From contig CBDCSU010000005.1 of the NCBI GenBank assembly GCA_965221775.1, positions 256,001 through 320,000 of the forward strand: a stretch of 64,000 nt of DNA, written 5' to 3'. Below, one piece after another: positions 46,281 to 55,168 of this stretch. The translations under genes and the position numbers were made by a program. The notes under the pieces are model-generated. The model was not told the DNA's origin. It worked only from the letters and a program-made list of their open reading frames with translations, and did no database searches. The DNA comes from Candidatus Latescibacterota bacterium (GTDB taxonomy: Bacteria > Latescibacterota > UBA2968 > UBA8231). Position 1 is the first letter of the stretch, and every line of letters starts with the position of its first letter.

Positions 46281-48781
46281 CACCAGGCCACGTGCACGAG
46301 GCGGACCCGGCTGGTGCGCCGGCCTCCGGTGTCCACGCCCACCTGGACGCGCGCGGCATAGATGCCGGGCGCCACGAGGGCGCCCGAGTCGTCGCGGCCG
46401 TCCCACGGGAACTCGTGGCGGCCGCTGGCCTGGGGCGGCACCCGGGACAGGTCGCGCACGAGCCGGCCGGAGAGGTCGTGGATGGCCACCGTGATCCGCG
46501 GCGGGCCCCGCACCTGGAAGACCTGGAAGGAGAGGACGGCCTCGTCGTTGACGCCGTCGCCGTTGGGGGTCAGCACCGGGGGCGTCACCTCCAGCGGCGC
46601 CAGCAGGCGCCCGGCCTCCAGGTCGGAGACGACCACCAGGGACTGGCTCTCCACCAGGTCGGTGGCGTCTCCCTCGCTGGCGATCTGCAGGATCCCGGGC
46701 TCCGAGGAGCGCGACAGCTCGACCCGGAAGGTGGTGCCGCTGAGGAAGACCTGGGTGCGGATGCGGGCCGCATAGACCGAGCGGCCCGAGGTGACCGGCC
46801 CGGGGAAGCGGACGTCCACGCCTCCCTCCACCGGAGCGGCGGCGGCGGTGGCCAGCAGGTCGACGGCGGTCCCCGTGCGCAGGCCGACCTCGGAGCCGGC
46901 GTGCAGGGAGAGCAGCTCCATGGGCGCGCTCGAGGAGGAGCGGATCCCCAGGCGGTCGAAGCCCGGGTCGCCGACCCGGAAGCGGGGCCGCATGTAGATG
47001 GTGAACTCCTGATCGACGCCCGCGGGGACACCGCTGGTGGGCCAGATCTCGGCCCACACCTGGTCCACCAGGGGCTCGGCGAGACCGATCCGCAGGCCGC
47101 GTATGGCGGCGCGCCTGAGGGGGTTGATGGTCAGCAGACGCACCTGGGCCAACGCGTAACGCCGCGGACTCGGGGAGCGGAAGGGCTCCGGCGACTCGCG
47201 GTAGACCTCGCTCCAGCTGCTCCACTTCTGCCCGGGCACGTAGAGCGTGTCCACGGGGCCCCGGTTCGACTCGCGGGCCCGCTCCCAGCGCTCCTGATCT
47301 ATGGGGAAACCGGCGCCATCGAGGAATCTCAGTTCCTGGCGCAGGTCGTCTCCCGAGCGCGTGCGGATCTCGATGCGGGTCTCCCGCGGCGCCTCCCCCT
47401 CCCACGACAGCGAGCTGAACATGCGCGACCCCGGCAGGGTGATCAGCGGCGAGGTGAGGACCACCTCCGAGACGAAGCCCTCGCCGAAGGCCAGCATCTC
47501 GGCGAGCTGGCCGCTCTCCTGCTCGGTGCCCAGCAGCGCCAGGGCGCGCAGCTGCACGTGGCGCACCTCCTGCAGCGGGAAGGTCTCTTCCAGCTGGTGG
47601 AAGCGGTCGCGGTTCAGGCGCTCCTCCAGCTCGTTCCAGACACGCTCCCCGTTGGGGTCGATGGAGCCGTCCGAGAGCAGCACCTGGTAGGCCCGCAGCG
47701 GCTGCTGCGGAGTGACCAGGCGAACCCGGTCGAGCCAGTACTTGGCGCCCAGGTCGACCTCCAGCTGGTTGCGCCGCCGCACCTGGTCGTACGGCTTGAT
47801 GGGGAACCACGTGTAGAAGAACCCGTCCGTCGAGATGGTGCGCACCAGGTCGCCGATGGCCCGGGTCTGAAGGTTGATGAGCCGCTGCGTGTTGAGGACC
47901 ACGTTCTCCCCGGGGGTGATCACCTCCAGCTCCGCCACCCGGGGGCGCTCGCGGCGATAGTGGCGCACCGGGCCCCGCTCGGCCTCGGGCAGGGCCCTCC
48001 AGGTCGCCTCGGAGACGGGGATCTCCCGGCCCGCCACCGTGGTGCGGTGGTATGCCACCGCGCCCCGGTCCTCCGGCGGCAGGGCCGCGTGCTCCTCCGG
48101 CGAGACCTGGCGGCCGCGGTCCCCGTCCGAGCCGAGGGCCTCCAGACGGACGAACTGCACCACCTGGCCCGTCACCCCCGGAGGCAGGGGGCGCTGCGGC
48201 TTGATGTCGAAGACGAAGTACCGCTCGTCCTTGTTGGGCAGGACCACCTGGCCGCCGCGGAAGTAGTCTAGGTCGTCGTTGAGGCGGCCGAGCCCGTTGG
48301 AGAGGCGCACGCGGAACTTCAGGAACGGGTCGCCCTCGCCTTGGGGCGCGAACCGCACCACCACCTGCTCGGCGATCACGGCGCGGCCGAGGTCGATCTC
48401 GACGAACCAGTCCTCCACGTCGTCGGCCGGGTCCGGCTCCCACCAAGTGAGGGGGTCCCCGTCGTGCACCAGGGAACCCGTCTCGGCGCCGCTGCCGATG
48501 GCGTGGACGCCGCCGGTGACCGTGTCGGAATCGGCGAAGATGGCGATGTACTGGTGGGCATCGAGGGCGGCGTTGCCCCGCCGCTCCAGCCCCCGGGGGG
48601 TCACGGTGCCGTCCGGCCCCAGCTCCAGGGCGCCCTCGGGCAGCTGCCACGCCGACCAGTGAGCGGGGCGGTCGACGACGACCTCCGTCGGCCTCAGCCG
48701 GTAGCCCTCCTGGGGGGCGGCGGCGGTGCCGAGGAGCACGAGAGCGGCCCCGAGCCAGCCGGGCGGGCGGGAACGGACCAT
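46280..48781 (-). CDS. Secreted protein with two discoidin-like modules and C-terminal TPNGDG/FlgD-Ig domain
   Basis: DGDPLTWW, EIDLGR, EVDLGAKYWLDRVRL; TPNGDGVND, WDGRDDSG..VAPGIY. Confidence 0.85.
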   Translation of the reverse strand: MVRSRPPGWLGAALVLLGTAAAPQEGYRLRPTEVVVDRPAHWSAWQLPEGALELGPDGTVTPRGLERRGNAALDAHQYIAIFADSDTVTGGVHAIGSGAETGSLVHDGDPLTWWEPDPADDVEDWFVEIDLGRAVIAEQVVVRFAPQGEGDPFLKFRVRLSNGLGRLNDDLDYFRGGQVVLPNKDERYFVFDIKPQRPLPPGVTGQVVQFVRLEALGSDGDRGRQVSPEEHAALPPEDRGAVAYHRTTVAGREIPVSEATWRALPEAERGPVRHYRRERPRVAELEVITPGENVVLNTQRLINLQTRAIGDLVRTISTDGFFYTWFPIKPYDQVRRRNQLEVDLGAKYWLDRVRLVTPQQPLRAYQVLLSDGSIDPNGERVWNELEERLNRDRFHQLEETFPLQEVRHVQLRALALLGTEQESGQLAEMLAFGEGFVSEVVLTSPLITLPGSRMFSSLSWEGEAPRETRIEIRTRSGDDLRQELRFLDGAGFPIDQERWERARESNRGPVDTLYVPGQKWSSWSEVYRESPEPFRSPSPRRYALAQVRLLTINPLRRAAIRGLRIGLAEPLVDQVWAEIWPTSGVPAGVDQEFTIYMRPRFRVGDPGFDRLGIRSSSSAPMELLSLHAGSEVGLRTGTAVDLLATAAAAPVEGGVDVRFPGPVTSGRSVYAARIRTQVFLSGTTFRVELSRSSEPGILQIASEGDATDLVESQSLVVVSDLEAGRLLAPLEVTPPVLTPNGDGVNDEAVLSFQVFQVRGPPRITVAIHDLSGRLVRDLSRVPPQASGRHEFPWDGRDDSGALVAPGIYAARVQVGVDTGGRRTSRVRLVHVAW

Positions 48782-50593
48782 TCAGTAGGCCAGTTCCACG
48801 ACGCCCCGGCGCCGGCCGGTGCCGCCGTCGGCATGGACGCGCAGCTCGTAGAGGTAGAGGCCGGGCGGGACCGGGCGGCCGCTGCCGTCGAGACCGTCCC
48901 AGGCGGCGGTGAGGGTGCCGGCGCCGTGGTCCGCCTCCCAGGCCCGGACCAGGGGGCGGCCGTCGACGGCGAAGATGTCGAGGGTCAGCCGCGCCGGTTC
49001 CATGAGCTTGAGGAGGGTGAAGGTCAGCTCGAGCCGGTCGTTGACGCCGTCGGCGTTGGGGGTCGTCACCGGGCTGGCGGCCCTCAGGTTGGAGATCACG
49101 GACAGGCCTCCCTCTGCCGCCCCGTGGCGCACGACCAGACCGCCTCCGGGCTCGCCGTCGATGTCGGCGGGACGGGCGACCTGGTAGGCCACCCTCGATT
49201 CCCCCTCCTCGGTGCGCCGGTCGAGGGCCTGCACCTCGAACCGCGTGCGCTCGTGGAAGACCGTGGCCGTGAACTCCACCTGCAGGAAGCTGCCGTCCTG
49301 CACCACCCGGCGGGGCAGGTTGACGGTGAAGCCGGTGCCCGGCTCGACCTCGATGAAGGGCAGCACCTCCAGGTCGTCGACGCGGATGCGCGTCACCTCG
49401 CCGATCTCGGCCGCCGTCCTCACCTGCAACTGCCGGAAGCCCGTGTCCCGGTGCGACTCGGAGCCGGTGCGGTCCAGGTGGACCTGAAGGGAGAGGGTGA
49501 AGGGGGTCTCCACCCCGGCCCGCGCCTCCAGGGGCGAGATCTCGGCCGCCAGGTCCCGGGCGACCGGTGGATAGACGTACTCGAACCGCAGTTCCCGCAG
49601 GCCGGCGCCGGGTTCGGTCAGGGTGACGTGGAACTGCAGGTAGCGGTTCAGGGGCGGTGAGCGCACGAGTCCGTCGGTGACCGGCTCCCATGGGCTCCAG
49701 GCCGGGTTGAGCTCGACCGGCCCTCTATCCTCCGGCGGGGCGTTCTCCCAGCCCGCCTTGCTGTACTGGACCACGTCGCCGCCCTGGATCAGGTAGTAGA
49801 GGAGGGGGCTGCGGTCCGGCCCGGTGCGGGTGCGCACCACCACCGGCGCGGTGGAGACATCGCCGCCCTCGTAGAGCACGCGTCCCCACACCGGCTCCGG
49901 ACGCCCGGCCCGCAGCGGCTGGGACTCGAACTCCCCCACGGGGAGCGTGCCGTCCGAGTAGACCTCCAGCTCGGCGATCTCCCAGGCGCGGTCGACCTGC
50001 GGCTCCAGGGCGAGCACCCGCGCCTCGACGCTGCGGAAGCGTTTGTCCACCACGGGGGAGGTGTTCTCGTTGGGGGCCTTGAAGAACATCACCCCGCGCG
50101 AGTCGGCCAGGGGGTCGAGGAATTGCGCCGCCGACAGGGTGAACTCCTGCAGGAAACGGTTGCGGTTGCCGAAGTCGAGGCGGGGGTGGAACCGGACGCG
50201 GTTGATGCGGAAGGTGGCCCCCAGGTCGACCCACAAGGTGGAGGACCGCACCACCCCCTCCTGCAGGTCGGGATCGAAGAAAGTGGTCGGATCGCCGTCG
50301 AAGAGCGCTTCGCCGCCGGGCAGCGGCGTCAGCCCCCTCTCCGGGTCCGAGTACAGCACCCGTCCGCCGCGCTCGCCGAGGGTGGCGGACAGGTTCGCGT
50401 TGGGCTCCACGTCCCACATCCAGATGCCCTCCCCGGTGACGGCGACGTACCGGGAGGAGGACTCCGCCCCGCGCCAGGAGAGCTCGGGCCCGACGGAGAC
50501 GTAGCGGACCTCGCCGGCCGCCGGGCGGCCGAGCGACAGGAGGGCGGCGGCTACCGCGAGGGGCCGCATCATCGCCGTGCGCGCCGCGGGCAT
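48782..50593 (-). CDS. Secreted protein with discoidin-like module and C-terminal FlgD-Ig domain
   Basis: LFDGDPTTF, WVDLGATFRINRVRFHPR; TPNADGVND, WDGLDGSG..VPPGLY. Confidence 0.85.
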   Translation of the reverse strand: MPAARTAMMRPLAVAAALLSLGRPAAGEVRYVSVGPELSWRGAESSSRYVAVTGEGIWMWDVEPNANLSATLGERGGRVLYSDPERGLTPLPGGEALFDGDPTTFFDPDLQEGVVRSSTLWVDLGATFRINRVRFHPRLDFGNRNRFLQEFTLSAAQFLDPLADSRGVMFFKAPNENTSPVVDKRFRSVEARVLALEPQVDRAWEIAELEVYSDGTLPVGEFESQPLRAGRPEPVWGRVLYEGGDVSTAPVVVRTRTGPDRSPLLYYLIQGGDVVQYSKAGWENAPPEDRGPVELNPAWSPWEPVTDGLVRSPPLNRYLQFHVTLTEPGAGLRELRFEYVYPPVARDLAAEISPLEARAGVETPFTLSLQVHLDRTGSESHRDTGFRQLQVRTAAEIGEVTRIRVDDLEVLPFIEVEPGTGFTVNLPRRVVQDGSFLQVEFTATVFHERTRFEVQALDRRTEEGESRVAYQVARPADIDGEPGGGLVVRHGAAEGGLSVISNLRAASPVTTPNADGVNDRLELTFTLLKLMEPARLTLDIFAVDGRPLVRAWEADHGAGTLTAAWDGLDGSGRPVPPGLYLYELRVHADGGTGRRRGVVELAY

Positions 50594-50594
50594 C

Positions 50595-52109
50595 TCAGAA
50601 CGGCGTCCAGTTGGGGTGCAGGTCATCGTACGGACTGTCGGTCACACGTTCCTCGACGCCGCTCTCGACGGAGAGGATGTAGATGTCGTAGCGCGTCTCC
50701 ACGTCGACCAGCCGGGCGAAGGCGATGCGGGTGCCGTCGGGGGACCAGGTCGGCGTCTCCTCCCAGGCCTCGCCGAAGGTCAGCTGCCGGGCGCCGCTGC
50801 CGTCGGCGGCCATGACCCACAGGTGGCTGATGTCGAAATCGTCCGGATCCAGCGCGACATAGGCGATCCAGGCCCCGTCGGGCGACCACGAAGGTTGTCC
50901 GACGAACTGGCCCTCCGGCGAGACGAGCCGCATGCCGCCGCCGGCCGGGTCCATGATGGAGATACCGTCGTCGCCGTCGTAGGCGATCGACGAGCCGTCG
51001 GGCGACCACGCGGGCGACCGGCCCCACGAGGCCTGGGGCTCATGGGTGAGGCGCTCCACGCCGCTGCCGTCGGCGTTCATGACGAAGACCTGCGGCCCCC
51101 TCCCTCCCCCGCCGCTGCGCTCGAAGACGATGTGCCCTCCGTCGGGCGACCAGGCGGGAGCCTGGTCGTAGGCGTCGTCGCGCGTCAGGTTCACCGGGTT
51201 TCCGCCGTCGGCGTCCATGACGTAGATCTCGAGGTTCCCGTCGCGGATCGAGCTGAAGGCCACCTTCGTCCCGTCCGGCGACCGGGCCGGCTGCTCGCCC
51301 CGGCGGGTGAAGAAGAGGGCCTCCAGGGAGTCGGGGAAGGTGCCGTCGGACTTCGGCAGGCCGGTGAGGGCGTAGGACAGGTTCACCACCTCGCCGGTCT
51401 CCAGGTCCAGGGAGTGCACCTCCAGGTCGCGCAGGTAATCGCCCTGGCGACGCCGGTTCGAGGAGAACAGGAGCTGCGTGGCGTATGCGGATCCGACGGG
51501 CACGACCACCTCGGCGGTGTCCTCCGGCTCCGGCGCGGTGTACTCCACGGTCACGCCGCGATCCCCCAGGGCGGCGAGCCGGTCCTGGGCCGCCTCGGTC
51601 AGCGGGTTGCCGGTGAGATCGACGCTCTGCAGGCTGTCGAGACCCGCCAGCGCCGACACCTCCGTCACCGCGTTGCCGGGCAGGAGCAGCACCCGCAGGC
51701 TCTTCAGCGAGGCCAGGGCGGACAACTCCTCGACCCGGTTGGCCCCCAGGTCGAGGTAGCGCAGCCTCGTCAGTCCCGCCAGCGGCGCCAGGTCGCGGAT
51801 CTCGTTGCCGTACAGATCCAGCACCTCCAGCCGCGTCAGCTGCTCGATGCCGGTCAGGTCGGCGATCCCCCGCTCCTTGGCGGTCAGCGTGACCAGCCCC
51901 GCCGCGCCGCCGGTTTCCGCCGCCGCGGCGGCTTCCTCCACCGCCGTCTGCAGCGCCGGGTCCGCGAAGACCAGGGCGGCACCGTCGGGGCCGACGGGGT
52001 CGGGACCGGGGCCGACGGGCGGGTCGGGCTCGGAGCCGCACCCGGCCAGCCCCAGGACGGCCATCAGGGCCGCGAGCTTCCAGGCCATCGTCGTGTGTGA
52101 TCCGGACAT
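50595..52109 (-). CDS. Lipoprotein with internalin-like LRR + TolB-like (PD40) propeller, copy 3
   Basis: LAGC lipobox; FADPAL cap; LxxLxxLDLxxNxI repeats; WSPDG repeats. Confidence 0.9.
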   Translation of the reverse strand: MSGSHTTMAWKLAALMAVLGLAGCGSEPDPPVGPGPDPVGPDGAALVFADPALQTAVEEAAAAAETGGAAGLVTLTAKERGIADLTGIEQLTRLEVLDLYGNEIRDLAPLAGLTRLRYLDLGANRVEELSALASLKSLRVLLLPGNAVTEVSALAGLDSLQSVDLTGNPLTEAAQDRLAALGDRGVTVEYTAPEPEDTAEVVVPVGSAYATQLLFSSNRRRQGDYLRDLEVHSLDLETGEVVNLSYALTGLPKSDGTFPDSLEALFFTRRGEQPARSPDGTKVAFSSIRDGNLEIYVMDADGGNPVNLTRDDAYDQAPAWSPDGGHIVFERSGGGGRGPQVFVMNADGSGVERLTHEPQASWGRSPAWSPDGSSIAYDGDDGISIMDPAGGGMRLVSPEGQFVGQPSWSPDGAWIAYVALDPDDFDISHLWVMAADGSGARQLTFGEAWEETPTWSPDGTRIAFARLVDVETRYDIYILSVESGVEERVTDSPYDDLHPNWTPF

Positions 52110-55010
52110 CTCAGTACGGAGTCCAGTTGGGGTCCATGTCATCGTGCGGATCGTCGGTCAGCCGCTCCTCGGCGCCCCCCTCGACCGGGACGATGTAGAT
52201 GTCGTAGCGCGTCTCCAGCCGGGCGAAGGCGATGCGCCTGCCGTCCGGCGACCAGGTCGGGTCGGTGTCCCAGGCCTCGGCAAAGGTCAGCTGCCGGGCG
52301 CCGCTGCCGTCAGCGGCCATGACCCACACGTGCCTGACGTCGTCGTCGACCGTATCCGTCATGGTGTAGGCGATCCGGGCTCCGTCCGGCGACCACGCCG
52401 GACGCGTACCCCGCAGGCCTCCCTCCGAGAGGAGACGCAGGTCCCCGCTGTCGAGGTCGATGGAGTGAATCCCCCAGGCGGTCCCCATGCCCGAGACGCA
52501 GGCGATGGACGAGCCGTCGGGGGACCAGGCCGGCTGCACGGCCCACGGCGTCCCGGGCCCGAAGGTGAGCTGCTCGACGCCGCTGCCGTCGGCGTTCATG
52601 ACGAAGATGTGGGACTCGCCGCCGTCGCGTTCCGACTCGAAGGCGATGCGCCGTCCGTCGGGCGACCAGGCGGGACTCGAATCGAAGGCGGGGTGGCGCG
52701 TGAGGTTCACCGGATGGCCGCCGTCGGGGTCCATGACGTAGACCTCCTTGTCACCGTCCCGGAAGGTGGTGAAGGCCACCATCGTCCCGTCGGGAGACCG
52801 GGCCGGCTCCTCGCTGGTGGGCGAGACGTATTGGCGCTCCAGGGAGTCGGGCTCGGCGCCGTCGGCAAAGGGGACGACGGCCAGGACCGAGCACAGGTTC
52901 ACGACCTCGCCGGTCTCCAGGTCCAGGGAGTGCACCTCGGGGCTGGACAGGTAGGGACCCTCGAGGCGCCGGTTCGAGGAGAACAGGAGCTGCGAGTCTG
53001 TCAGAGGCGGGGCCGCACCCTCCGGCGGGACCACCTGCACGCTGTCCTCCGGCTCCGGGGCGGCGAACTCGACGCTCACGCCGCGATCCCCCAGGGCGGC
53101 GAGTCGGTCCTGGGCCGCCTCGGTCAGCGGGTTGCCGGTGAGGTCGACGCTCTGCAGGCTGTCGAGACCCGCCAGCGCCGAGACCTCCGCCACCGCGTTG
53201 TCCGCCAGCAGCAGCACCCGCAGGCTCTTCAGCGACGCCAGGGGCGTCACCTCCTCCACCCGGTTGCTCCCCAGGTCGAGGTAGCGCAACCGTTTGAGTT
53301 CCGCCAACGGCGACAGGTCGCGGATCTCGTTGCCGTACAGGTCCAGCACCTCCAGACGCGCCAGCTGCGCGATGCCGCCCAGGTCGGCGATACCCCGCTC
53401 CTTGGCGTTCAGGGAGACCAGCTCCACCGCGGTCCCGCCAGCGGCCGCCGCGGCCTCCTCCACCGCCGCCTGCAGGGCCGGGTCCGCGAAGACCAGCGCG
53501 GCGCCTGCGTCTCCGTCCGGCCCGGGCTCGGGGCCGGTGGGGCCATCCGGCTCGGAGCCGCAGCCGGCCAGGGCCAGGGCGGCGGCCGGGATCAGGACTC
53601 GAGGCAGGGCCGTCATGGTCAGAAGGGCGCCCAGCACGGGTCCTGGTCCACCCCCGGATCGTCGGTGATCTGCTCTCCGGGGCCCCCCTCGGCGGGGATC
53701 GCGTAGAGGTCCTCGGAACTGCCTCCGGGCCGCTCCTCGCGGGAGAAGAGGATGCGGGCGCCGTCGGGGGACCAGGTGGGGCGGCCCCGCCAGAACGTGC
53801 CGGAGGTCAGCCGGCGGGGCTCGCCGCCGTCGGCGGAGATCTTCCACACGTGACTTTCGTCGGGGTCCACGGGCTCGATGTAGGCGATCCAGCGGCCGTC
53901 GGGAGACCAGGAGGGCCCCCACAGGATCCCGCCGTGGTCGGCCAGGACCCGCACCGCGCCGCTGGACAGCTCGATGGCGTAGATCCTGGAGAGGCCCGCG
54001 CCGTCGAGCTGGTTGAAGGCGATGGACGAGCCGTCCGGCGACCACGCCGGGTCACTGGCCCGGACTGGCCGCTGACTGAAGGTCAACTGCTCCACGCCGC
54101 TGCCGTCGGCGTTCATGACGAAGATGTCCTTTTCCCCCTGGCGGTCGGAGACGAAGGCGATCCGCCGCCCGTCGGGCGACCAGGCGGGCTTCGTGTCCCG
54201 GGCCTCGTGGCGAGTGAGGTTCCTCGGAGAGCCGCCGTCGGCGGCCATCACGTAGATCTCCCGGTTGCCGTCCCGGTAGGAGGTGAAGGCGATCCACATC
54301 CCGTCAGGGGACTGGGCCGGGTCCTCGCCCTGACGCCGGCGCTGCAGGGAGACGCTGTCCGGATCGGCGAGGGGAGCTGCGGCCAGGCCATCGGACAGGC
54401 TCACGACCTCGCCGGTCTTCAGGTCGAGGGAATAGACCTCCAAGTCCGTGCGCAGACCAGTGCGCCGGGACGAGGCGAAGAGGATCGGCAGCTCTCCAAG
54501 GGCCGCCAGACCCTCTCCCTCACCCATCCCTTCCGTCCCATCCGGCGCCGCGAACTCCACGGTCACGCCCCGTTCCCGCAGCTCCGCCAGCTGGGACTCG
54601 ACCGCGTCCTCGCTCAGCGGGTTGCCCGTGAGTTCGACGCTCTGCAGGCTGTCGAGACCCGCCAGCGCCGACACCTCCGTCACCCCGTTGCCGGCCAGCA
54701 GCAGCACCCGCAGGCTCTTCAGCGACGCCAGGGGCGTCACCTCCTCCACCCGGTTGCTCCCCAGGTCGAGGTAGCGCAACCGTTTGAGCCCCGCCAACGG
54801 CGACAGGTCCCGGATCTCGTTGCCGTACAGATCCAGGGCCTCCAGCCGCGCCAGCTGCGCGATGCCGCCCAGGTCGGCGATCCCCCGCTCCTTGGCGTTC
54901 AGGGAGACCAGCTCCACCGCGGTCCCGCCAGCGGCCGCCGCGGCCTCCTCCACCGCCGCCTGCAGGGACGAGTCGGCGAAGACCAACGCGGCGCCTGCCT
55001 CTCCGTCCGG
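51550..55010. repeat. Three direct copies of the LRR-encoding DNA block (~51550-51980, ~53060-53530, ~54600-55010)
   Basis: Long identical stretches, e.g. gacgctctgcaggctgtcgagacccgccagcgccga in all three; copies 1 and 2 nearly identical over the LRR. Confidence 0.85.
52111..53616 (-). CDS. Lipoprotein with internalin-like LRR + TolB-like propeller, copy 2
   Basis: ATG 53616; same architecture as neighbours. Confidence 0.9.
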   Translation of the reverse strand: MTALPRVLIPAAALALAGCGSEPDGPTGPEPGPDGDAGAALVFADPALQAAVEEAAAAAGGTAVELVSLNAKERGIADLGGIAQLARLEVLDLYGNEIRDLSPLAELKRLRYLDLGSNRVEEVTPLASLKSLRVLLLADNAVAEVSALAGLDSLQSVDLTGNPLTEAAQDRLAALGDRGVSVEFAAPEPEDSVQVVPPEGAAPPLTDSQLLFSSNRRLEGPYLSSPEVHSLDLETGEVVNLCSVLAVVPFADGAEPDSLERQYVSPTSEEPARSPDGTMVAFTTFRDGDKEVYVMDPDGGHPVNLTRHPAFDSSPAWSPDGRRIAFESERDGGESHIFVMNADGSGVEQLTFGPGTPWAVQPAWSPDGSSIACVSGMGTAWGIHSIDLDSGDLRLLSEGGLRGTRPAWSPDGARIAYTMTDTVDDDVRHVWVMAADGSGARQLTFAEAWDTDPTWSPDGRRIAFARLETRYDIYIVPVEGGAEERLTDDPHDDMDPNWTPY

Positions 55011-55133
55011 CCCGGGCCCGGGGCCGACGGGGGGTTCCGGCCCGGATCCGCAGCCCGCCAAGGCCAGGGCGGCCAGGGCCAACCCGCGGCCAGAGACTGT
55101 TGCCGCCAGTTTCCCGAATACGGAAAAGTCCAT
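53619..55133 (-). CDS. Lipoprotein with internalin-like LRR + TolB-like propeller, copy 1
   Basis: ATG 55133; LAGC lipobox; LRR; WSPDG repeats. Confidence 0.88.
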   Translation of the reverse strand: MDFSVFGKLAATVSGRGLALAALALAGCGSGPEPPVGPGPGPDGEAGAALVFADSSLQAAVEEAAAAAGGTAVELVSLNAKERGIADLGGIAQLARLEALDLYGNEIRDLSPLAGLKRLRYLDLGSNRVEEVTPLASLKSLRVLLLAGNGVTEVSALAGLDSLQSVELTGNPLSEDAVESQLAELRERGVTVEFAAPDGTEGMGEGEGLAALGELPILFASSRRTGLRTDLEVYSLDLKTGEVVSLSDGLAAAPLADPDSVSLQRRRQGEDPAQSPDGMWIAFTSYRDGNREIYVMAADGGSPRNLTRHEARDTKPAWSPDGRRIAFVSDRQGEKDIFVMNADGSGVEQLTFSQRPVRASDPAWSPDGSSIAFNQLDGAGLSRIYAIELSSGAVRVLADHGGILWGPSWSPDGRWIAYIEPVDPDESHVWKISADGGEPRRLTSGTFWRGRPTWSPDGARILFSREERPGGSSEDLYAIPAEGGPGEQITDDPGVDQDPCWAPF

Positions 55134-55167
55134 GATTATTAAGGGGTTAGGTACAATTGTGGACTTA
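55126..55167. promoter_or_regulatory. AT-rich promoter/operator-like region at the head of the 16-kb operon
   Basis: AAGTCCA...TGGACTT inverted repeat, ACAATTGT palindrome, TATTAAGGGGTTA IHF-like motif. Confidence 0.45.
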
Positions 55168-55168
55168 G

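Noticed and set aside
38972-49691. ORF-track giants of 1375, 1583 and 2047 aa as single fusion proteins
   Set aside because: Their N-terminal parts are out-of-frame read-through over upstream genes; signal peptides and stop/start overlaps define starts at 41608, 43551 and 46280.
50595-55133. CRISPR array or diversity-generating retroelement
   Set aside because: Repeats are coding paralog blocks, not short repeat-spacer units; no reverse transcriptase, cas gene or obvious adenine-specific TR/VR pair.
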